Notes under the pieces: generated by a model
Databases searched by the model: none
What the model was told of the DNA's origin: nothing
The model's input: only the letters and a program-made list of their open reading frames with translations
Translations under genes and position numbers: made by a program
Shown here: positions 10,901-17,946 of the stretch, piece after piece
Layout of the letters: each line of letters begins with the position of its first letter
Position numbering within the stretch: the stretch's first letter is position 1
DNA from: a virus
Taxonomy: Duplodnaviria; Caudoviricetes
Virus record (IMG/VR): IMGVR_UViG_3300025889_000161
Span: 1-53,391 of that record
Direction: 5' to 3' (one strand)
DNA: 53,391 bases

Positions 10901-11550
10901 GAAAAATCAGCAAATTTTCTTAATCCTAATACAGTACTAGTTCCTTTTTTAGGAAGGAAAGCAACCATTAATTTTGTGCTAACTCTAGCCTTATCTAATG
11001 TACTAATAAGATATGAATCAGTTATGTTTATTCCTTCATTTTTAGTATCTGGATCTTCATCTGGATCTATAGATATTCCTAAACGAATAAGCTTTCTATC
11101 CATTTTTATTTTTAAAGCTTCTAAATTTTCCTGCTTTAATATCTCCTCATAATTATTAGAATAATCAAAAATTCCTTTTTCTTCTAATTGTTTTTTTTGT
11201 TTCTCTATAGATGTCTTTAAATCTTCAGTTGTAATACTAGTAATATCATCAATTAGTTTTTGATTATCTACATCCCATACTGTTAGAAATAATAAATTAT
11301 CTACAAGTTCTTTCACATCATCTCTTGTAAATTTAGATAATGGAGCATCAGTACCTTCAGATAAACTTGATACTAAAGTTGTATCTATATCATTTTCTAA
11401 GAATGCTTTTAATACATCATCTTCATTTTTTAAATGATCAATTTTACCATCTAATGCTATCCATACAAATTCAGCAAGTTGTGAATTATTACCTGCAATT
11501 TTTTCAAAGTCCTTATAAACTTTTAATGTCTTTGGTGCACATTTACTCAT
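4975..11550 (-). CDS. Virion-packaged single-chain DNA-dependent RNA polymerase (phi14:2 gp66-like)
   Basis: 2191 aa. Catalytic GSDFDIDK at 7672-7695, preceded by GYRIPNQ; also TDAQAWIT, KYSQ, GVKVG, LQQD and FVDAAKD motifs typical of crAss-like RNAPs. Confidence 0.93.
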   Translation of the reverse strand: MSKCAPKTLKVYKDFEKIAGNNSQLAEFVWIALDGKIDHLKNEDDVLKAFLENDIDTTLVSSLSEGTDAPLSKFTRDDVKELVDNLLFLTVWDVDNQKLIDDITSITTEDLKTSIEKQKKQLEEKGIFDYSNNYEEILKQENLEALKIKMDRKLIRLGISIDPDEDPDTKNEGINITDSYLISTLDKARVSTKLMVAFLPKKGTSTVLGLRKFADFSSTWNDLSEILSSTADTIGESDKYVVFKNILLDQVKYREEYNELVNLLEKSSENQRTQFVRSLDNFKIEWLKEYIKSTDKDTIGYEVRNIDPNKYTNSTKLLSKWDSNYIDRLLSFDNEGKPLLKKVTAEKILAQYDKLSLEVSKAKEITPKLIDDTLTLMSVVGINMNTESLKVYLDTRPGETSLEALNSLYSNNVMGYLFKNSDNSIEYLISNPPKLDSEDKVIKSPFLNETKLEQLSDLEARFQNTLISNSVLGPDNKMYQSLAQHDFMSKTILNIKEGNEYLSSIESDFTKNSRFIKHLKNADNKEKLKLQFFLSRQMQGEDSGLAMNDLSEVDEFASRIEKVLSGKLPYFTLADKNRVYYLDGLPTITNMVINGDNVLQFVGYLADEMNTMRKAWEEVYGENKIPEDKQTLNYHYKIDKEGNRVPGNAFTLSTFPSLNPGTELANELGLYNSSENNKPFTISGEYIVEDADGNITPDLGFGETVQKVVFDTLNDKIEATTNKMMDQLITVNSKGVSHTSFSTETYEKYIKSAPSIREGVRRIATNFTLNTMAANIEFAKMFTGDSRMYKNQDDFLKRIPATSATGDYLRIVKGKVNETFDIAVAPNVNFESTLVDKKSLKKIAKFIGATSKRELDELKAIIKPYRNVNRTDAQAWITMDRFKEIQIGMGQWTDELEEAFNNIVDPKKKSSYKDYKAFSQTMTSMQPKKGMHFEIVDDGYGNKAPVYLKYSQAVLFPELVSSSPQLTRISEQMKAQGVSELIVGDGVKVGAIEATDLGTQLTDLIKFNTITLSNKNWKLQQDLPSKTNLEKDSLVGSQIKKNIIADIDEIAMYGKMTGKQLIEAIHEMDSELSNRGLEKLHRRFNVKDGKLDINIVYDELIKEFEKSGESDNIIGALKQRVPIDNMISHRKKIWSKIASIWNSATVKIKQPGGAAIQMSDYGFETGENIVAYESIKNSAKNGIVWLTNDRKLKPPRVEADDTFSAGQCLLPYSKLASLFGREWDSIKKLPTNEIIKRIDPAALKMIGYRIPNQKLASNDSLEIVGILPPHAGDSIVLYSEITAKTGSDFDIDKMYYILPQITKTKKTDEDGSTYNYIDTVKYLDDSNSTIEDRYEEYIKDIKTRRENRNNVKDLIKEAKLDKFDKNALSTLIDSSKNLKDKIIEIIGSTDTDEIVNEILVEEEVIPSIEEFSKSSVKNQNTEKALQTRRVDLYRAVLESPHSYKRLITSVDSEVLKNQIDVLFPRQELSDLEIYDGTFQMNIRREFITSKGGVGQVANHQGDNAISQGHKLFLRDSSKRLDLGNMTENGDLDLSNHTVKEFEVLKINKDKDGNITSYSIEDTVTNKYYISEVISAYMNAFVDAAKDNYIGRANFNFLTNNTAFLLIRNGVSPQYVNAFIGQPAIKEYIRRTALNEGQAVEKNTEKPLPALYKELGIYKSTSLGSLESANLSSFKTKGLMDNIVKNRDIKLSDLSAEQKLEQAKLLNLFIHAQNMSKILGDINQASKADTNGNSGSLSYAYIISNLITNVGDVADENGTIVGNWEERFDNTMLGAYYNNSISDFINKFGPHSLMGTPVMQHVVNTIYYKIYGEQPSDSKKYDKIFELTYAAKLSTIGAFDREEGTIEDLFKGPTSIAKQVRALKNNPVYNSNVLIDMLDTKFSIYNNPEYVFIDNTKGKDATTTNKITEDWLSLYLSDKETDKKLATDLAVYSFYTSALSDNISSLQRYVPYQIINEIGLGEKAFNTLRTELNDVSNAENILQELTPQVMKNAWKFNNVVPKVSNKGVLKVGEFESKESKKNVFSVNEISSPSLKVGNDKDKNPIFKPYVTRTLYYENPRGKQFPMVKVEALYKYEGNTEQGEGKAGVYARIPMLGSKSGRFDIFEFTLNDNKESIIKSNNYKMGVEISKKFKDINIDPPGALYIKNRSIVPVNFETTEKSGTFEEDKKTISNEVDDILSELDNGCKNKDKK

Positions 11551-11551
11551 A

Positions 11552-14500
11552 TTAACAATTTGATTTTAATGTATTAATTAATAATGCCTTAGCTTTCTTC
11601 ATAGCTGCTTCTTCTCCAACTAAAGGCTTAAACTTATTAACAGATTGTATAAACTCATCTATTCTTTCTTTAGACAAGAATACACCTAATGTAGAATTTT
11701 TAACATCTGATAAATATGCTTCTACTTTAGAATTAATTTTTTCATTCTCTTCTTTTTTCTTCAAAGCTTCCTTAATTTCTGAAGCTGAGGTACTAGCTTT
11801 AATTGGTTGTCCTGTATCATCTTTAATAACTTCTTTTGGAGATTGCTCTTTTTCTAAAGTAACTAGTTCTGCATCATATTTAGTAATATCATAAACATAA
11901 AGCTTACCTTTACCGTTTAACCATTCTTTTGTTTGTTGATATTTTGGAGTATTATTTTCAAAATCTTCAGATTTTTCTATAGCTTCCCTACTACCAGCTT
12001 CTTTGATTGTCAATAACCCTCTATTAGTTACTAAAAAATCTTTACCACCAATGTTTACAATAGCAGTTTCTCCTACAGGAATATTTATTTGTTTAGCTTG
12101 AGATTCACTTCTTGTAGTAGTTGTTTTAGTCCCAGCTAATATTTTAGCAACATTGTCAGGCTGCATTTGTATTGTTCTTCTTTCTATATCAGCTTTTTGG
12201 GATTCTATTTTATCCTGTTGTGCTGGACTATCAACAATCATTTTATCCGGAATTGCCTTATCTTTTAAATCAATAGTTTCAACTACAGTCCCTTTACTAT
12301 TAGAGTAATCAGAAGATATTTGAAATGTAGGTTGTGCAAATATAATTCCTTTAGGTCCACTAAGACTATTAGTAGTTAATAATTCATTATTTAATAAATG
12401 ATTTTTATATTCTGGATTATTGAAGTTTTTGTAATTAATATTTCTAATCTTTTTTGTTGTTAACCAGTTAATAAAGTTATCTCTAGCTCCATCTGTATTA
12501 TTTGCTAAATTAGACATTGATACTTTATTTTTACCATAAATCATCATATTTTTTTCTCTAAGTAATGGAAACATCTTTTCTTTACTTGAGGCTCCTTCAT
12601 AAACTAATGCATTCAATAAGTCTATAACGGATGATTCTTCTTTATTAGGTAGTGTTTTAATCAATGATGCTATTAATGGACTTGTTAAATCTAATCCAGA
12701 ATCAATTAATAATGTTTTGTTAGCTAATGGATTCTTACTATCCCATATACCATTATATATCTCATATATTAAATTAGCTTCTTCTTCCTTTAAATTAGAT
12801 ACTTGTACCCTTAATGGAAAATATGTACCGTTAGCTGTAGGTATTTTAACAAATATAGCTCCTGGTGAAGCTTCTGGATTTTTAGATAATCCTAAATCTG
12901 GATCATATGTAAACTTTTTATTTGTTTCATCATAACCAGTATATAAGTTACCATCATTACTTCTAACTAAGAATGTAAAGTTATTATTATTTTGCTCTTG
13001 TAATGCAGCTTTTAATTCTACATTATTTTCAGTTCTTTGTACAGATCCAGGACCTTTAGAAGTTATCTTAGAGTATATAGTATTAGTAGGAGAAGATAAT
13101 ATATTTTCAATTATACTTCTTCTAGTTTTAGCCATGGTTGTAGCATATCCTTCACTTTTATTAAAAGAAGGGAGATGCATATACATTTCAATAGGAAAAG
13201 TTAAAAAGCTAAATCCTTGTACATTATCAAATGTAACTTTAATTTTACCATTATCAACTATATTAGATATATAAGCTTCCTTCTCAGTATCAGTTTTTAA
13301 TTTAGAATATTGTTCAATATCTAAATCTTCTATAGTTATGCTAACTTCTTGATTAGTAAATAAATTATCTGGATCTTCTAATATAGTAGCGAGTTGTTCA
13401 TCTCTTTCTTGTTCCTCTGCAGTTTTAGGAGATTCTCCTAGTGTGCCATGCTTCTCTTCATATGATTTAAATCCTTTAGCTTTATCTCCTTGGCTATTAA
13501 ATGAGAACCAAGCTAATGATAAAGGATTACTACTTCTATTAGACTCTTTAGTTTTATCATCATGTTTACTATCAGGAGTATTAGATGGCTCTACATCTAC
13601 TACATCCTTATTAAATACTTGAGTTGCAGATGCTACTATTTCATCCTTCTTTGTTTTAATTGGGTCTTCTTTTACACTAGAGGCTTGCTCTTGTTTAGCA
13701 ACTTCTTTAGCTGCATTTTCAACATCTTGTTTATCTTCTCTAGAAGTTAGCACTCCTTCTGGTGCAAATTGTTTAACAAATTCTTCTGGGGATAATGCAA
13801 CTCCTGATTTAGCACTTAAATCTCCAACAATATACCTACCATCTTTTGTTATACCCATTAACTTTTTAATACTACCATTAGCATCTTCATATAGTTTACC
13901 CACTACTGGAGAGTCTCCTTCTGATTTAACAGGAGTAGTAGCTTCTCTAACTTGTGTATTAACTACAGATTCAACTGCAGCTTTATGTAATTTAGCTCGA
14001 TGCTTTTGTTCACCTTCTTTAGTTAAAGACTTATTAAATTCTTCTTGTAAAGTTTCTAATTTCTTATCACTTTTCTTTAAGGTATCTTTATATTTCTGTA
14101 ATCTAGCAAAGGCAGGTTCTTTTTTTATTCTACCTATAAAGTTATTATACTGATTAAAAGCAGTATTATCCGCAGTTTTATCATATGGATTAGTATCTAA
14201 TGATTCTAGGTTATAAGTAAAAGGTGTTGTTATAAACTCACCTTTAACTCCTTTTTGTACAGGCTTATATCCTGGTGTAATACTAGTATCTACTATATCT
14301 TGAAGTTCATTAGTTGTATCTTGTATCTTATTTAATATACCTTCTCTATATGTTTTAGCAATATCATATTGAGATCTATTACTTAATATACTAGCTATAT
14401 TACTTCTTGATCCATATCTATTATAAACCTTTTCTATTTTACCAATTCTATCTAATAGATTAGTTAATGATTTCTTACCTTCTTCAGTTATTTCTGGATT

Positions 14501-15970
14501 AGATAACATCTCTCTAGTTGATTCTTCTAGATTACCTAGAGTACCCATTTCAATATTACTAATAATCATTCCATCGTTAATACTAATCTCCGCAGCTTCA
14601 GCAGTTTTAATATCATCTTTAGACATAGCCTCATTAATTAAAGCTATTTTTTCATTTGTATTATTAGCACTATTTTTAACATACTCAGCATTAGAAGCCA
14701 TGGTTTCTTGTTGATCAGCATGTCTCTTTTTATATTCTTCCCTAGCTGTTTTATTTAATTTTCCAGATGTTACTTCAGATAGAATACGTTGAGGTCCACC
14801 ACCAAGGAATCCCATCATACCTTCAAGCAATGCTTGATCTGATGTAGCAAATCCTAATAATCTATCTAAAGTATTTTCTGGTAGATCAGAATCTAATCCT
14901 GCATCTTGTTCAGCTCCATATTGAGCTTCCATTTGAATTACATTCTGAACTATTTCTTCTCCTGCTTCTTTAGCTCCTTGTAATACTATATTATCAGCAT
15001 TTGGTGAAATTATATTTTTCCCAAACTCTTTTACTCTATTTCTAAATCCTGGTGCGTTAAGGATATTACGTTGAGCACCTTTGAGTCCTTTTGCTAATCC
15101 ATATAAAGAAAATGCATCAGATAACATCATAGCTCTGTTATTTAATAACATTTCATCTGCTGCTTGTCCTGCTAATTGCCTAGCTTTAGATTCTTCTACA
15201 CCTTGTTTTATTAATGATTCATATGTATTCTCATATGTTTCAATACCCATTATCTTACCTTCAGCATAATTCTGAATAGCACCTGCACCTAATGCAGTAG
15301 CCGCATTAAATCCTGCATCTCCTGCTGCAGCCATTACTTCAGATAATTTAGCTATTCTCATAGCTTTTAATCCTGAACCAATACCTTTTAAACCTGCACC
15401 TACACCTTTAGCAATTGCTCCACCTGGTAATCCAAATCCAACTGCACTATCCAATATACCTTTTACTGATGACCAATAGAACCCAGAATCTCCCCAATCA
15501 AATGTTTCATTATTAGGTCTATAAATAGGCATAGCTTCATCTATCCCTTCTTTAACTTGACCCATTGCTTTAGCTAACCAGTTCTTTTCCCAAGTATCTT
15601 GACCATTTAACCATTTAATATGATTGTCAAAATCAACTATATATGATACATCTTCTACAGCAGTAGCTAAACCTGATGCTATACCACCAACTATACCATT
15701 AAATGCTTGAGCTGTACCAGATTGGTTCTCAGCACGCATTTTATTCACATCTTGTCTAAGTAGGTTAGTTTTATCTAAATCAATATAATCTTCATATTTA
15801 GATAATCTATCTAATCCTAAATCTGCTACAGAATGAGTTCTAGATCCAGAAACTCCAAATCTTCGATCTTGTTCACCACTAAGCTTTAATCTATCTAAAG
15901 CTTCTTTTTTATGAATAGGTAAATTATTTTCATCTAGTTTAGATGGGTTATCTAATGGATCTACTGCCAT
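11552..15970 (-). CDS. Large virion cargo/ejection protein with Gly/Ala-rich hydrophobic N-terminal region and ASCH-like insert near C-terminus
   Basis: 1472 aa directly upstream of the RNAP. GIVGGIASGLA and GFGLPGGAIAKGVGAG segments; ILAGTKTTTTR ASCH-type motif. Confidence 0.7.
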   Translation of the reverse strand: MAVDPLDNPSKLDENNLPIHKKEALDRLKLSGEQDRRFGVSGSRTHSVADLGLDRLSKYEDYIDLDKTNLLRQDVNKMRAENQSGTAQAFNGIVGGIASGLATAVEDVSYIVDFDNHIKWLNGQDTWEKNWLAKAMGQVKEGIDEAMPIYRPNNETFDWGDSGFYWSSVKGILDSAVGFGLPGGAIAKGVGAGLKGIGSGLKAMRIAKLSEVMAAAGDAGFNAATALGAGAIQNYAEGKIMGIETYENTYESLIKQGVEESKARQLAGQAADEMLLNNRAMMLSDAFSLYGLAKGLKGAQRNILNAPGFRNRVKEFGKNIISPNADNIVLQGAKEAGEEIVQNVIQMEAQYGAEQDAGLDSDLPENTLDRLLGFATSDQALLEGMMGFLGGGPQRILSEVTSGKLNKTAREEYKKRHADQQETMASNAEYVKNSANNTNEKIALINEAMSKDDIKTAEAAEISINDGMIISNIEMGTLGNLEESTREMLSNPEITEEGKKSLTNLLDRIGKIEKVYNRYGSRSNIASILSNRSQYDIAKTYREGILNKIQDTTNELQDIVDTSITPGYKPVQKGVKGEFITTPFTYNLESLDTNPYDKTADNTAFNQYNNFIGRIKKEPAFARLQKYKDTLKKSDKKLETLQEEFNKSLTKEGEQKHRAKLHKAAVESVVNTQVREATTPVKSEGDSPVVGKLYEDANGSIKKLMGITKDGRYIVGDLSAKSGVALSPEEFVKQFAPEGVLTSREDKQDVENAAKEVAKQEQASSVKEDPIKTKKDEIVASATQVFNKDVVDVEPSNTPDSKHDDKTKESNRSSNPLSLAWFSFNSQGDKAKGFKSYEEKHGTLGESPKTAEEQERDEQLATILEDPDNLFTNQEVSITIEDLDIEQYSKLKTDTEKEAYISNIVDNGKIKVTFDNVQGFSFLTFPIEMYMHLPSFNKSEGYATTMAKTRRSIIENILSSPTNTIYSKITSKGPGSVQRTENNVELKAALQEQNNNNFTFLVRSNDGNLYTGYDETNKKFTYDPDLGLSKNPEASPGAIFVKIPTANGTYFPLRVQVSNLKEEEANLIYEIYNGIWDSKNPLANKTLLIDSGLDLTSPLIASLIKTLPNKEESSVIDLLNALVYEGASSKEKMFPLLREKNMMIYGKNKVSMSNLANNTDGARDNFINWLTTKKIRNINYKNFNNPEYKNHLLNNELLTTNSLSGPKGIIFAQPTFQISSDYSNSKGTVVETIDLKDKAIPDKMIVDSPAQQDKIESQKADIERRTIQMQPDNVAKILAGTKTTTTRSESQAKQINIPVGETAIVNIGGKDFLVTNRGLLTIKEAGSREAIEKSEDFENNTPKYQQTKEWLNGKGKLYVYDITKYDAELVTLEKEQSPKEVIKDDTGQPIKASTSASEIKEALKKKEENEKINSKVEAYLSDVKNSTLGVFLSKERIDEFIQSVNKFKPLVGEEAAMKKAKALLINTLKSNC

Positions 15971-15976
15971 ATATTA

Positions 15977-17944
15977 TTATTTTAGTATTGCTAAATCTAT
16001 TAATCTTCCAACTGATCCAGCTGTGAGGGATCCGGCTGGGGTTGAGAATCCATCAATATCTCTTTGTTGTATAAGTAAAGATACTGAACCGTCTTCATTA
16101 TTAACTATTTTAAGATCTTGATTTCTAAACTTAGTTTGTTCTTCTCGAGGTAAATAACTTAATATATCTTCAGTTTGATTATAATCTGAATTTTTAGAAA
16201 TAGGTTTTAGATTAGCATATTTATGACTATCTATTAATTGTTGTTTAATAACTGGATCTCCCCCAGAAAGTATATCATATGTTTTTTCAGTAGTTTCCTG
16301 TATAGGTCCACCAATATCTTTAGATTGTATAGTAACACTTTGATATTCTCCCTCAGCATCTTCATATTTAAAATATAATTCTGGACCATTTATTCCGTTA
16401 ATTATTTTAACAGATTGCTTATCTAAAGTTTCTACAGCCTTCTCTAATGGTAAATTATTCTCCGTTGTTGAACCAACTATATCCCAATTAATATCATTAA
16501 TTGCTGATTTAGCTTGATCACCAAAGTACTTTCTAGAGTCAGTAGAACCTTTTGAAGAACTTAATATAATATCTTTAGCTTCAAATATTTCACCTTTAGA
16601 TATATATTCATCTCTATCTTTTTGTAATTTATCAGTATTAACCCCTAGATTTTCTCCTAATACATCTTCCATAAGTGATTGTTTACCTCCTAACTGCATA
16701 CCTATCCATAATCTACGAGTATAGTCTTCATTTGATTCATTAGGTCTTTTTTCATTTCCACCATAAAATGCAGGATTTCTATCCAATACTTGTTTCATTA
16801 ATTCTGGTTTATCTTTAAAATACTCCTTCTTAACATTTATAACTGCCTTCTCATTTGTAGATAATCTTTTTGAAAAGTTATCATTAAGTCTATCTCTTTG
16901 CTCTAGCATATATTCATATTGTCTAGGATCAGTTGTTTTTAGCTCACTTAATTTATTATCATAATCTTCCATTTTAGGATATTCAGCAAAATATCCTTGA
17001 GTTTTACCAGATTGAATAAGAGCAAAAGCTCGTTCTTGTTTCTTTTGTAAGTTTGCGTTAGCAGCTTCATATTGACCAGTAATAGTTCTCTGATCACTAA
17101 CTCTAGGTTTACCAGCATTTACAAATCTCTCAAACATCCATTGATTCTTATCTTTTACATTACCTTCCTTATCCATTAAAGCTTCTGGATTATGTTTTTT
17201 ATAATAATCATAGGTATTAGATTCCTGTCTACCTGCTCCACCTTCTGAATATTGTTGAAATTGATCACCAGCAATATCATATATCTTACTTTCTTTTATT
17301 CCTTTCCAACCTCTTTCAAAATATCTTTTCATATCACCTTCACCAAGGCTATCTAACCATTCTCTTCCGTCAGTACCAATATTTTTAAAGTATTTTTGTT
17401 GCTCAGTTAGTACATCTATTCCAGGTAAAGGAGATTCTTTACCTCTTATAAATTCAGCAGCAAACTTTCTATCTGGACCCTCCTGAGATAAGTATTGATT
17501 ATAAGAATCTAAGAATGCCATATCATTAGGTCTATATAGTTTAAACCCTTTAGGATCTTTTCTATAGTCATCTATTAATTCATCATGCTTCTTTTTAAGA
17601 GCTACACCTTCTCTAATCTTTTGTAATCTAGGATCCACTCTAGATGTCGTTATATATTTATTTATTTCTCTTCTAGTATTAGCATCAGCTAAATCTTTTT
17701 GTGATAATCCTTCTATAAAAGATTTATGCTCTTGCTCTATTGCTTCTAATTGTTCAGAGTCATATTCTGGAAGTGCTATTTCTTTAAGTAATTCACTTTC
17801 ACGTAAATCTAATTCTTGTTGAGATTTATCAGATTGAGCTTGTCTTTGTTGTAATGCTTGATTCATTAACCCAATATTCTCAGGTACAAACTGCGAAACA
17901 TATTGTTGTTGAGCAGGTTGATAATATCTATTTATCTTTGCCAT
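15977..17944 (-). CDS. Virion cargo protein (second gene after muzzle)
   Basis: 655 aa, helical and Cys-free. N-terminal NRYYQPAQQQYVSQFVP; syntenic with crAss cargo genes. Confidence 0.6.
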   Translation of the reverse strand: MAKINRYYQPAQQQYVSQFVPENIGLMNQALQQRQAQSDKSQQELDLRESELLKEIALPEYDSEQLEAIEQEHKSFIEGLSQKDLADANTRREINKYITTSRVDPRLQKIREGVALKKKHDELIDDYRKDPKGFKLYRPNDMAFLDSYNQYLSQEGPDRKFAAEFIRGKESPLPGIDVLTEQQKYFKNIGTDGREWLDSLGEGDMKRYFERGWKGIKESKIYDIAGDQFQQYSEGGAGRQESNTYDYYKKHNPEALMDKEGNVKDKNQWMFERFVNAGKPRVSDQRTITGQYEAANANLQKKQERAFALIQSGKTQGYFAEYPKMEDYDNKLSELKTTDPRQYEYMLEQRDRLNDNFSKRLSTNEKAVINVKKEYFKDKPELMKQVLDRNPAFYGGNEKRPNESNEDYTRRLWIGMQLGGKQSLMEDVLGENLGVNTDKLQKDRDEYISKGEIFEAKDIILSSSKGSTDSRKYFGDQAKSAINDINWDIVGSTTENNLPLEKAVETLDKQSVKIINGINGPELYFKYEDAEGEYQSVTIQSKDIGGPIQETTEKTYDILSGGDPVIKQQLIDSHKYANLKPISKNSDYNQTEDILSYLPREEQTKFRNQDLKIVNNEDGSVSLLIQQRDIDGFSTPAGSLTAGSVGRLIDLAILK

Positions 17945-17946
17945 AT

